From IMG/VR virus record IMGVR_UViG_2061766007_000148: a stretch of 30,797 nt of DNA. The stretch is one strand, 5' to 3'. The notes beneath the pieces were generated by a model. It was not told where the DNA came from. It ran no database searches and saw nothing but the letters and a program-made list of their open reading frames with translations. Position 1 is the stretch's first letter. The number at the start of each line of letters is the position of its first letter. Shown piece after piece: positions 11,101 to 18,035 of the stretch. The position numbers and the translations under genes were made by a program. Source of the stretch: an uncultured virus (IMG/VR IMGVR_UViG_2061766007_000148). Taxonomy: Duplodnaviria > Heunggongvirae > Uroviricota > Caudoviricetes.

Positions 11101-12113
11101 AACAATATAAGAATGATAAAATTATACACGATTGGGAATCGAGACGTCTCATATCCTCAATACCACACAAATTGCCAAAACGATATGAATCGGGCAACCC
11201 GTTTGCGGCAAGCCCATTATATACATTTAAAACAGAGGAAAAATCTAAAGAGACATACAAAAACCCGTTTGACTTAGATTATAAATTGCCGGATTACTTC
11301 TCGCCAAGCAGTCCTAAGAGGGTTATGTCAGGGGACAACTCCGGCAGGTATTCAAAAAAAGGCACAACCAAATCACCGCCATCCATACCGTCAAAACCAA
11401 CGACAAAATTACCGCCATCCGTGCCGTCAACACCGACAACTAAATCACCGCCATCGATACCATCCGTGCCATCGACACCTACGACAAAATACCCCCCATA
11501 TACACCATCAAGACCCCCGACAACTAAATCACCGCCATCGATACCATCCGTGCCATCGACACCTACGACAAAATATCCCCCATATACACCACCAAGACCC
11601 CCGACAATAAAATCCCCGCCATCATCACCCCCCATAATAGTACCCCCAACAACCATAACACCGCCGACAAAGAAGAGGAGAACCATAAAAATCGATATCG
11701 ACAAAAACAAAGACAAGAAAAAGAGACTGAACGCGAATGTGTTTAATCTTGAAAACGTAGAAATCCCGATTGTTCGCGGATGGGAAGCATTTACTGCGGA
11801 ATACACCCCCGTTTATGAACTTCCGGCAAACAAACAGACTTTCTATGAATTCGGAAACACAATCTCGAAGAACATGCCTGATTTAAAGTCAGACAATACA
11901 TTCACAAACCCATTCACAAACCCGTTTGAATTCCCGACCGCAAAAAGCAATCCCAAAACCAAACCCAATCCCAAATCCAAGTCGAAATCCAAATCAAACA
12001 CAAAACCAAATACCAAAACAAACACAAAATCAAGCGCAAAATCGAATAAAAAATCAAAACAGAAATCAAAAACTAAGAAGTCAAATCCTTTTGACTTCAT
12101 AAATCTCATATAA
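5118..12113 (+). CDS. Giant (2331 aa) modular/polyvalent protein with candidate nucleotidyltransferase and ADP-ribosyltransferase-like domains
   Basis: Uninterrupted ORF with GGGGG RBS; N-terminal coiled coil; acidic Gly tract; SRNPNDFDLF..FFDAH..K..RAKDLQD; R..FSGS..EKE; Pro/Thr repeats; Lys-rich tail. The CDS is certain; the domain calls are tentative. Confidence 0.85.
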   Translation: MGQDITPNNGATSTTNTMSPRTLSPQSAGSTTPTIISQSNADRRRRAIAEKEARRRENLAGNVAKAELEREYKRLREAEGAANKRAEERKAAAKSEKVTFYSGGVNSPLKIERVSIGDYLGDQLQGAQAPVVDPEEFRQFETIGDQGDSQNYDAAYAGLERLAGSVNKQLEQEAKEKRLMENVRSFAILTGSSMVGQGSSYTPMTVEAREAHLNLIEDPTIDTDTRQRLIEDIRRDDVNKGYVTEGDQTKLMNIALSSTAPKDAKQFAFNYLGEIGSTVGKADFNKSADAIYVSQYDKTTKSMADRMTGSIYDVQQDRTSPNKTENDKIYTELNAKDKASDMDANTRAAVLANVEGGNQALNTLRRARESAVEAGDVGVPGYFVKDEETGDSKFVPDKNAGTVYYETDPLKDEQVKHAEALFAKQNAEVQQRMLDNPNYVESILKVNDENKRDLSSDAFMREQAATENRYGNTDWTSAGGESAAEAMADGRDSTTYSRFKAAPDSATNEYILISRDGKQRYTLRTGDNGGNFVIYGWSGDVVASGDSAEGLPSALKNLDIPFNEDTFNPYIPDADSTRVMLDEETDLGDLDTPTRFKADTLGTIRTNEEIRNAEADRRDAEMLAQFNAAKNGASDGFEDYFNTIDEMGNELDNALAKDNADYQKAMAELKEPVDESAMSRLQRFEGFDGAQDNFMQTVDRMKGMPGTSAMPDAGYGGESYGGGDFAGNAGGDFDEDEYGEEDYGGEGYGGEELGDGDYDDEEYGDFGAEGEDSEDADYSYAGGQLADRAGGEDFTEAGFSDGGYAGNAGAQPDFGGNFADADSGFRDTSPLRAAPTESFPGKSPFISAAENTREALNLKQKNISDVPKYTERDHTLKERTKTIIDQMDVDREMSEILQNIGLLTEGGTDSAGKPVGGLYSTTKKYSDTVDELVKSGNLIPTDTTRETIYSEKDNPDRNVDVYTNLMWSSRATPEAVNRFNEVEQEMIKAQEDLNNEYQRLSDKAREKEQLEKEIYGGIPYAAKETVHTVLPDPNLVRKTLNVADYFTPGTRQIRMLHDDMGDAWNTLWGGETKSKLTADYWKDKLENGSPLAYGLFNYDDFYENPVSYGAEYAASYALMGGLGAAMRAGSKRLPGVYHTVVDPLKNKELIQKSKKYMDEITGNLPRSPVSLQYTKVDLPSGTAKSLSVVRRVKNLDIVKPIVTKVSGSQFPLANRLYFGDPKLSSGVLLIDQNTGKQLEAYIPKSGIETSYVRGAVNELLEESKKDPTDYMMYGFKDNESYQKSLQNALDRFSIITDLNKHIQHASPVVIQSLEPHVQKVISAKKIFKFPEKVSKAIVKTMNEFKVHSQSSLTQFGQGWEFGGGGLSRNPNDFDLFVKDPKEFIEALAKRINDIEGREVVYIKGNKLLLKDTGEEFFDAHSMEQFGAGDLFSGMGIRTELPAKIEGTDVTTTTMAQQNINKETALFNFTRPKVYLKYSEAFGEGKPGVGWVQPRKEDRAKDLQDFSFGTMDQINQMLLSPNAKERKEGLKALKSFQKFLKTYGDEAYDAIMDNYAQFKKLHGGTTKPFKGEVIRIDKFGINSSPEQGEKAINATMKTFKKDPQVISILETIRNNLNSDTVVGVPLGLFMTATYIQSVATRVANNETTPQQIMSHEIIPMLVGAKLSGKSLIKFDEWNAFRKRNRYIPPTVLAEWDLVSGARKFPSMQYDYDNPKMRQEFIDMFGREGGAMKRIENQGIEVSDNVKMAGIRVQSQPSDEIRKNVITVRPTKYKESDIFSGSLSPDEASLHFDRTDYDYDKIKKSFGLNFIPAEYKPPIVYNTLSTREIGQVPFGMGEAKTKEYILENLKPDQYAAISAKTAEHKKIWAEKEGTTRPNNQLQIIDKTAFTIHNDKRVAVDTLGVIPTGALETDVKINVFNKGYTPSKKEKHSYKLDDLFTETQLAFLEDNVFYKRQALSGIKNRVSKYINTKANQKSQLNQQRFNMASKLYDMIQEEQYKNDKIIHDWESRRLISSIPHKLPKRYESGNPFAASPLYTFKTEEKSKETYKNPFDLDYKLPDYFSPSSPKRVMSGDNSGRYSKKGTTKSPPSIPSKPTTKLPPSVPSTPTTKSPPSIPSVPSTPTTKYPPYTPSRPPTTKSPPSIPSVPSTPTTKYPPYTPPRPPTIKSPPSSPPIIVPPTTITPPTKKRRTIKIDIDKNKDKKKRLNANVFNLENVEIPIVRGWEAFTAEYTPVYELPANKQTFYEFGNTISKNMPDLKSDNTFTNPFTNPFEFPTAKSNPKTKPNPKSKSKSKSNTKPNTKTNTKSSAKSNKKSKQKSKTKKSNPFDFINLI
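11433..11607 (+). repeat. 84-bp tandem coding duplication (PTTKSPPSIPSVPSTPTTKYPPYTPxRP) within a longer PTTK-rich tract
   Basis: Copies start at 11433 and 11517 and are nearly identical; degenerate shorter units run from about 11365 to 11670. Confidence 0.9.
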
Positions 12114-12119
12114 ATACAC

Positions 12120-12126
12120 TTTTTTT
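12120..12126 (+). terminator. Oligo-T archaeal terminator candidate
   Basis: T7 run just after the stop of the giant gene, between convergent genes. Confidence 0.45.
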
Positions 12127-12141
12127 GAAACTTTTCGGGAA

Positions 12142-12534
12142 TCACCTCGCGAAAATGGGGAAATTGCTCACCGCGGCAATACACTGAATCAGATCGTTGA
12201 GCTTTTGGGGCAATTTGTCTAAAGTTACCTCGGCAGAAAGTACATATTCATTGTCACACTTGATGCCGAACCTGTTTGTCGTTATCTCAAGACAGCGTGT
12301 GAAATGCTCTTCAGGGATAACCCAACCGGAAAATCTGATACTTCTGATAGTATCACCAAAATCTGATAGTATAATTTTGTCAGACTCCATCCGCGCATAC
12401 ACTTGTATGCAGTCGTTATCACCGTCAAGAAAAGGTGTCGTAATCTCAATCCATCCGCTGATATCCGCTTGGGTAACCTGATTGTTGAGCCAATTGATAT
12501 AAGAATAAATCATGTTGGATTTTGTCAAAACCAT
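12142..12534 (-). CDS. DUF1828-family protein
   Basis: YINWL..WIEITTPFLDGDNDCIQVY..IILSDFGDT..LNDLIQCIAAVS matches the DUF1828 pattern. Confidence 0.75.
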   Translation of the reverse strand: MVLTKSNMIYSYINWLNNQVTQADISGWIEITTPFLDGDNDCIQVYARMESDKIILSDFGDTIRSIRFSGWVIPEEHFTRCLEITTNRFGIKCDNEYVLSAEVTLDKLPQKLNDLIQCIAAVSNFPIFAR

Positions 12535-12574
12535 AAAAAAACAACCTTTTAAAAAGTAAAAGACATAAAAGCAG

Positions 12575-12600
12575 ATACTATCAAAAAAATATGATAGTAT
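12575..12600. repeat. 9-bp inverted repeat ATACTATCA-N8-TGATAGTAT (operator or terminator)
   Basis: Seen directly; lies between two minus-strand genes. Confidence 0.6.
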
Positions 12601-12603
12601 AGC

Positions 12604-12738
12604 TTACCAACCCATATATCCCCATAACCATCTGATAAATATCAGACAGCCAATGAAAACAAACAGTTTGTTTCTCGAAAACCAGTCATCAGGTTCTTCC
12701 TGAATTTCCGCGTCGGCGGAGTCAACCTGAGTGTTCAT
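12604..12738 (-). CDS. Small membrane protein (44 aa)
   Basis: GGGTGG RBS-like site before MNTQ; C-terminal TM. Confidence 0.55.
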   Translation of the reverse strand: MNTQVDSADAEIQEEPDDWFSRNKLFVFIGCLIFIRWLWGYMGW

Positions 12739-12868
12739 ATAGCATCCACCCGGAAGACATCTTTGATCAATGTTATCGTCAAGCATAGTTGATGAGTCTA
12801 TACATCTGAGAAGTAATAAATTTTTCCACTGAAAAATGAGGTGACTGTAAAATAATTAAAAAATGATT

Positions 12869-13042
12869 TTAGAATCTGTGATATAATTTTTCTTCATCCA
12901 AATGTTTTCTTAACTTTATAAGTCTGTTAAGAATTTTCAGAAGTTCTTCATCATTCTCAGAGGTAAGTGTGTATAAGTGATCTCTGTCAATTTTTCTTAA
13001 TTCGGTGATGCATCTTTTGATTGTAGGATTTTCTATTGCCAT
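12869..13042 (-). CDS. Small helical protein, 57 aa (not in ORF track)
   Basis: MAIENPTIKRCITELRKIDRDHLYTLTSENDEELLKILNRLIKLRKHLDEEKLYHRF; AAGGGGGAA RBS. Confidence 0.65.
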   Translation of the reverse strand: MAIENPTIKRCITELRKIDRDHLYTLTSENDEELLKILNRLIKLRKHLDEEKLYHRF

Positions 13043-13060
13043 TTAAAATTCCCCCTTTTG

Positions 13061-13507
13061 TTAATATGTCCTTTTTAAAAGGTATCTGCTTAACTCATCC
13101 GGTAATCTCAGTTTATACATGTTTGGAAAAATACGTTCAGATCTTGCTTTTGTTTTGGGATCACTAAAAAGTACATACCAATACTTTTCTTCAGGAGATA
13201 TCGGAGTAGTAAGAAGTTTTATTATCTGTCTTGGAGACACCCCTAAATATCCGACATTTCTTGAATCCGGATCGTTCGGTTTACCATAAATAATAGATAC
13301 TTCCAAACTATCACCATCACGTGTCATATACTTAAAATTATTTTGGTATGATACAAGTGAAAACACTTCACCCCAAAAAGACCTTACATTTTTAATAACT
13401 TTCCAATCTCCGAGTTTATAGCAAGGGTATCCATAATAAGTGGTTACAATGACTTTTCTGACCCTCGGAGATTTTACGTTTTGTGTTGTTTTATTGTAAT
13501 TCGGCAT
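13061..13507 (-). CDS. Basic hypothetical protein (148 aa)
   Basis: AAGGGGGAAAAT RBS before MPNYNK; start revised from 13651. Confidence 0.7.
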   Translation of the reverse strand: MPNYNKTTQNVKSPRVRKVIVTTYYGYPCYKLGDWKVIKNVRSFWGEVFSLVSYQNNFKYMTRDGDSLEVSIIYGKPNDPDSRNVGYLGVSPRQIIKLLTTPISPEEKYWYVLFSDPKTKARSERIFPNMYKLRLPDELSRYLLKRTY

Positions 13508-13612
13508 ATTTTCCCCCTTTGGAAAATGTATTCCGTAAAAGAATTTGACGGCAACAATATAAAAAAATACATTACAATTTTTGCGGAGATTGAGGAAATC
13601 CATGCCGGAATG

Positions 13613-13787
13613 AACTGTTGCAAAAAATGCAACAGTTGAAATCCACGACATCTACGAACAAAAAAGAACTGTTTCCAAAAAGGAAAGAGTTCAGTATGTG
13701 CAAAATTTGCACAAACTCAAAGGATATATTTTTTGTAACTGCACATACGGAAAAACCGATAAAAACCCCTCGAATTCGAGGGGTTTT
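13613..13787. repeat. Cluster of three inverted repeats in a divergent intergenic region
   Basis: AACTGTTGCA-A5-TGCAACAGTT (13613-13637); GTGCAAA-A-TTTGCAC (13698-13712); 26-bp perfect palindrome AAAACCCCTCGAATTCGAGGGGTTTT (13762-13787). Confidence 0.9.
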
Positions 13788-13859
13788 AGATCCCCGCAAC
13801 ACCACATCTTATCCAAAATGGAGATAATTTTATCATATCCGAAAGACAAATTATGGAGC

Positions 13860-14372
13860 ATGGAATATCTCATCATAGTAGACTACAAAAGTGATGCCGA
13901 ACGAAAGCGCATAGATTATGCAATCGGACGGTGGAAAGACCGCGCAGAAATAGAAAAACCGCGCGGTGCGGTTATCCGATACGGCGGCGAAAACATAAAT
14001 GACTTTTTGGATGATTTGTATCCGCGGACAAGTCACGGCAGGGAATCGGTACATGTTTTTGCCGGAGAAATCTATTCACCCGACATCCCCGAACAGGTTC
14101 GCACTTTGAAATACACTACGAAAACGGAAGAATCATCCGTCCGGGATTTCCTGAAATATATCCTGACCCGAATAGGAGCCGTATTACACACGGCAGATGC
14201 CGAAGTATGGAGTTACACTGCAAACACAAAAAAAGGTCGGGTTGACATAGACATATCAATCAAAACCGAAGATGTGACCATGATAATGATAACCGCACGC
14301 GGATACGGAGAAGTTGTCGCATTTATCTTGGACAAACTCAAAAAAGAGATGGATATATACCTGAAAATATAA
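13860..14372 (+). CDS. Archaeal-type hypothetical protein (170 aa, DAERKRIDY motif)
   Basis: Globular alpha/beta pattern from MEYLIIVDY; the upstream extension in the ORF track runs through the palindromes and is probably non-coding. Confidence 0.7.
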   Translation: MEYLIIVDYKSDAERKRIDYAIGRWKDRAEIEKPRGAVIRYGGENINDFLDDLYPRTSHGRESVHVFAGEIYSPDIPEQVRTLKYTTKTEESSVRDFLKYILTRIGAVLHTADAEVWSYTANTKKGRVDIDISIKTEDVTMIMITARGYGEVVAFILDKLKKEMDIYLKI

Positions 14373-14401
14373 GTTTTATTTCCGCGAAAACGATTATAAG
14401 G

Positions 14402-14418
14402 GTTCGGAATTTCCGAAC
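14402..14418. terminator. Inverted repeat GTTCGGAA-T-TTCCGAAC between convergent genes
   Basis: 8-bp arms seen directly; function inferred from position. Confidence 0.4.
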
Positions 14419-14427
14419 ATCCAAAAA

Positions 14428-14721
14428 TTATTTTTTTGCCTTTTTCAGCTCTTCTATCTTCTGATCAATCAAAGAATTGTAAATGCTGTTTATCAAATCC
14501 GTATCTTTTACGAGAGTCGATTCTTCAGACCCGTCATTGGTCAGCAGGTACAAAATATTGTTCATGGTATTTTTCTGAGAAAGTTCTCTCTCGGCTTTCT
14601 CCTTCATTGCCTGCCGCACCCATCCCGCAAGGGTTTGTGAATTGTTTTTTGCCAAGGTAAAACACTGATCGTACAACTCCTTGTCTACCTTAAACGCTAA
14701 CCGACAACCTGTAACACTCAT
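14428..14721 (-). CDS. Ribbon-helix-helix (CopG/Arc-like) regulator, putative repressor
   Basis: RLAFKVDKELYDQCFTLAKNNSQTLAGWVRQAMKEK shows the strand-helix-helix pattern. Confidence 0.7.
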   Translation of the reverse strand: MSVTGCRLAFKVDKELYDQCFTLAKNNSQTLAGWVRQAMKEKAERELSQKNTMNNILYLLTNDGSEESTLVKDTDLINSIYNSLIDQKIEELKKAKK

Positions 14722-14892
14722 AATTTAGTATTATTCAATATCATATTTATACTATAACTATACCTTTTGTCAGCATTTGTTACATATGATTATTTATAGT
14801 ATGACCACTTACATACAATTAATCACTATTATCTCAAATCGGTGTATTGGTTATCACCGTATGACAGCGTTTTGAGAGTGCAGGTGATATAA
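14722..14892. promoter_or_regulatory. Divergent promoter/switch region
   Basis: AT-rich; inverted TATA-like elements ATACTATAA (14749-14757) and TTATAGTAT (14794-14802); GTATGAC twice (14799, 14859); AGGTGA RBS at 14882. Confidence 0.6.
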
Positions 14893-15141
14893 TTGATCGA
14901 AAAAACAACTGTAAAACCGCGGGGTTATGAACAACCCCAAACCAAGACCCTTTTGGTCAGTGTCAGATTACCCGTCGATATCGTATCCGAGATTGACATA
15001 AGGGCTGAACAGGAGATGCGCACACGTTCAAATTATGTCTATAAACTGTTTATGGACAGTTGGAATCGTATGCATGAGGTAAAATATACCCCGATGCGTA
15101 AGAATCTGAACGGGTGCATTGTTGAAAATGTAGAAAATTAA
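14893..15141 (+). CDS. Ribbon-helix-helix regulator (first gene of the right operon)
   Basis: LVSVRLPVDIVSEIDIRAEQEMRTRSNYVYKLF is a typical RHH; TTG start with AGGTGA RBS. Confidence 0.8.
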   Translation: MIEKTTVKPRGYEQPQTKTLLVSVRLPVDIVSEIDIRAEQEMRTRSNYVYKLFMDSWNRMHEVKYTPMRKNLNGCIVENVEN

Positions 15142-15170
15142 TACGGATTTCTTAAAATTCGGAGATTAAT

Positions 15171-15557
15171 ATGACAGATACTATATGTGATGAAAAAGTG
15201 TCGACAGGATCGCCAGACTCGGAGACACCCGCATACCTCATTGACGTAACCAGTGCATACGAATACTGTGACTGGTTGGGCAATATCCGCGGACGTGAAG
15301 AGTTCACCGATCAGGTTGTCAGAACAGAAGACCTTCCCACAGAACTCACCGGATGGCGTGATGCCTATCTGCAAGCTCTTTTTATGAGGAATGAACGGTT
15401 AGAACTCGGAATCGAGGGGAAAATTATCTGGATTTGCGCAAACATCTGCAAATTTAAGCCGATAACCAAAAAGCACAGCGACCCCCGAAACGTGAAATAC
15501 ATAAAAGTCGGGTTTATGACACATGTCAAACCCATCCGCGGAGTTGAGAACACATGA
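15171..15557 (+). CDS. Hypothetical protein, family D (paralog of 20183)
   Basis: GGAG RBS; AYLIDV..WICANICKFKP aligns with AWFIDV..WISSNIYRCKP. Confidence 0.75.
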   Translation: MTDTICDEKVSTGSPDSETPAYLIDVTSAYEYCDWLGNIRGREEFTDQVVRTEDLPTELTGWRDAYLQALFMRNERLELGIEGKIIWICANICKFKPITKKHSDPRNVKYIKVGFMTHVKPIRGVENT

Positions 15558-15802
15558 AATGGACACGAGACTTCACGGAGCCGCCAGAAGACCCCGACGT
15601 GTTTGAGACCTCGGTTCTCAAAGCCGTAGAGATGATAAGAGACGACGGTTCGATTTATGTATCTCACAAAGACATCTGCCGCTACAACAGATGGAATTTC
15701 TCGCGAAGAACTTCGCATAGAATCGGAAGAGTTCTTAACAGTAAATTCTCGCTGATTCGGGTGAGTAACCGCACAATCTACATGATGCCGGAGGCGGCAT
15801 GA
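15554..15802 (+). CDS. Putative winged-helix DNA-binding protein, family C (paralog of 26113)
   Basis: DGSIYVSHKDICRYNRWNFSRRTSHRIGRVL; ATGA overlap. Confidence 0.75.
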   Translation: MKWTRDFTEPPEDPDVFETSVLKAVEMIRDDGSIYVSHKDICRYNRWNFSRRTSHRIGRVLNSKFSLIRVSNRTIYMMPEAA

Positions 15803-16041
15803 ATCGCCGCACGTATGTTGAGTCCGTGGGATTCGTGATTCAGCTCCGCAACGGTGATGAGTGGACTGCCGTCAATGAGGAGGAGACCTACGAGTCAAAA
15901 GGACTTGTTGCAACTACCCGCGACCTTGACCTCCTGAACACAATCTCGTGTGGCATAACTCAGCTGTTCGATGAGATCGAGGATTTGGAGAAATGGGTTG
16001 AACGACACAGGGCAAAACTCACAGAAGGTAAGGAAGAATGA
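15799..16041 (+). CDS. Hypothetical protein
   Basis: GGAGG RBS, ATGA overlap. Confidence 0.7.
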   Translation: MNRRTYVESVGFVIQLRNGDEWTAVNEEETYESKGLVATTRDLDLLNTISCGITQLFDEIEDLEKWVERHRAKLTEGKEE

Positions 16042-16083
16042 ACGATGAACAACTGAGAACACTGTTGATGGAGGTATTGCACT

Positions 16084-16533
16084 ATGACTGACAATCAGAC
16101 CGAAGACTACGACCCGCAAAAACACATCAGTCCATACGGATTCGGACTTTTGGGTGAGATTGTCTCCGACAGCGAACCCGCGGATTTACCCCTGCCGAGA
16201 TACCTTGTGTACAGCAAGCTCAAAGCAGTCGAAAACGCACGTTACAAGCTGTCAATTGCCGTCGGAAGCGACATCCTGAGAGCCGAGAAAGGCATCACCG
16301 CCGAAGACGAAAAACTTCTGAAATCCCTGCAATCCGCGGAGATATGTATCAGAGACGCATACGAACGTCTTGAAGATGTCTGGGATGTCTACACAAAAAC
16401 AATTGACGGATTCATGTATATGCGTGCAAAACGGGAAGCATACCTTGACGCGCTTGAAGCGCTCAGTAAAGGAAGAACGCTTTCGATAGACATCCCGCAA
16501 AAAACGGAAAAACCGGTGTATCGGTATGAATGA
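16084..16533 (+). CDS. Helical-hairpin protein, family A
   Basis: ISPYGFGLLGEI and ITAEDEKLLKSLQSA motifs; GGAGGT RBS. Confidence 0.75.
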   Translation: MTDNQTEDYDPQKHISPYGFGLLGEIVSDSEPADLPLPRYLVYSKLKAVENARYKLSIAVGSDILRAEKGITAEDEKLLKSLQSAEICIRDAYERLEDVWDVYTKTIDGFMYMRAKREAYLDALEALSKGRTLSIDIPQKTEKPVYRYE

Positions 16534-16894
16534 TATTTCGATGGATATGCTCAGCATATATTCCGCGGAACACCTGAGAAGGTTTTTAAGCATGATGGGC
16601 GCGTCACACGACATGTTTCTTGCGATAAGCAACATCATGAAAAAGCGTGCGGAATTATCCGAATTTACCGAAAATCTCAACCGCGGATTAAAATTCGGGG
16701 AAGAGAACACCGATGATCCGTTATCGAATACCGACAGGAAACTGTTGAAACTGCTTGAAAACTCGGAAACGTCGTTTGCCGAGATATCAAACCATCTGAA
16801 TTCAGCTTATGAAATATATTGTAAAACCATGGAGCCTTTGTACAGAATTTACGATAACAGCCAGATCCCCACAGGTTACCATGACGGAGAATGA
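16526..16894 (+). CDS. Helical-hairpin protein, family A
   Basis: LSNTDRKLLKLLENS motif; overlapping start. Confidence 0.75.
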   Translation: MNDISMDMLSIYSAEHLRRFLSMMGASHDMFLAISNIMKKRAELSEFTENLNRGLKFGEENTDDPLSNTDRKLLKLLENSETSFAEISNHLNSAYEIYCKTMEPLYRIYDNSQIPTGYHDGE

Positions 16895-17193
16895 TTGATA
16901 TGACAATTAGAGGTTTATTTACCAAAAAAGAAAAAGACAGTGAAGTAGTCGAATACACCAAAGCGCTCTTTTCGCTTGGAACAACTCTGACCCTGCTGAT
17001 AATACTCACTTTTGCACTGGTCGGAAGAATGATACTTCACCACGAACAGCTCTTGACTTTCCCGTTTGATTATGCGGAATTCGTATTGTTACCGATACTC
17101 GGAGTGTTTGTTCTCTACACGTACCTTACTGCCGTTGAGATTTATGAAAAACTCTCCGACGAGACAAAATTTGTGAGAGTTCACGGAGCATAA
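16891..17193 (+). CDS. Membrane protein (2 TM)
   Basis: Two hydrophobic helices; ATGA overlap. Confidence 0.7.
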   Translation: MIDMTIRGLFTKKEKDSEVVEYTKALFSLGTTLTLLIILTFALVGRMILHHEQLLTFPFDYAEFVLLPILGVFVLYTYLTAVEIYEKLSDETKFVRVHGA

Positions 17194-17217
17194 TCAAAAA
17201 AATACGGGAGACAACAT

Positions 17218-17634
17218 ATGCCTGCAATATATCCTCATCCGGAAACTCAGCGTGTGGAATCCGAGATTCAGAAAATAGATAAAGTCTATGCCGACGGATG
17301 GTTACTCTACGATGCCGCGGAAAGAATCTCGCAGAGTGTGGCGGCAGTCGGTAATCTTCTGCGCTCACTTCGTAACAATCTCGGAGATCCCGGTATTGCC
17401 GCACAGCTCAAACAGAATGCCGACGACATCAAACTCATCATGTATCTCGAACGGATTGAAGAGACTCTTCAACCCTGCGGAGATATTCTGACAAAATGCG
17501 AAGATACCGTTCGGGATGTCAGAAACGGTCTTGTCCAGATAAACTACAAAAAGACCGTTCCTCAACCCGTAGACAACGGATTTGTGCAAACCAATCTTGC
17601 CGACCATGACGCAAATCGGGAGGACACACCATGA
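17218..17634 (+). CDS. Helical-hairpin protein, family A (divergent)
   Basis: QNADDIKLIMYLERI motif; GGGAG RBS. Confidence 0.7.
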   Translation: MPAIYPHPETQRVESEIQKIDKVYADGWLLYDAAERISQSVAAVGNLLRSLRNNLGDPGIAAQLKQNADDIKLIMYLERIEETLQPCGDILTKCEDTVRDVRNGLVQINYKKTVPQPVDNGFVQTNLADHDANREDTP

Positions 17635-18035
17635 GTAACGAAATCCCTGAGAACGTCTCCGACGGCAACACCGGGGAATACCGTCTCACTCGAAACGGAT
17701 GGATAATCTTAGGTGAAATTCTCAAAAACGGATGGTGGGATTGGATGCCTACATATTCTAAGTTTGATATGACTCTCGGCACCCTGAACGAGTCCATTCT
17801 GAAACTGAAAAAAGAAGCGACATTCAATGCTCAAAACAACGTGAACAACCTCGATGTGCTTAAACTCATCGAGGCTTTGGAAAACGCAAAGGAGGGTATT
17901 GAGGACAGTTACGCGAAAGTCACCGATGCCATAAATGTTTTTGAGGAGATAATTTCGGGAATCGAGGAAGTTGACGAGTCTGAAAAATTCGACGATGAAT
18001 TCATACAGCGTTGCAAAGGGGAGGCGGACATATGA
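17631..18035 (+). CDS. Helical-hairpin protein, family A
   Basis: LTRNGWIILGEI, KLIEALENA, FEEIISGIEEVDESEKFD. Confidence 0.75.
   Translation: MSNEIPENVSDGNTGEYRLTRNGWIILGEILKNGWWDWMPTYSKFDMTLGTLNESILKLKKEATFNAQNNVNNLDVLKLIEALENAKEGIEDSYAKVTDAINVFEEIISGIEEVDESEKFDDEFIQRCKGEADI

Noticed and set aside
11190..12113. NPF motifs as eukaryotic EH-domain ligands
   Set aside because: The context is archaeal and no EH partner is evident; kept only as an unexplained repeated motif.
5118..12113. Tape-measure protein or virion RNA polymerase
   Set aside because: No tail genes or regular TMP repeats nearby, and no DxDGD polymerase motif was seen.
11294..12184. Minus-strand Gly/Val-rich (170 aa) and Phe-rich (113 aa) ORFs
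   Set aside because: Antisense shadows of the Pro/Thr repeats and the Lys-rich tail.
13572..13876. Several short overlapping ORFs and N-terminal extensions
   Set aside because: They run through palindromic AT-rich DNA; better-supported starts lie at 13507 and 13860.
16038..16091. 17-codon mini-ORF MNDEQLRTLLMEVLHYD bridging two genes
   Set aside because: It overlaps both neighbours plausibly but is too short to support as a gene.
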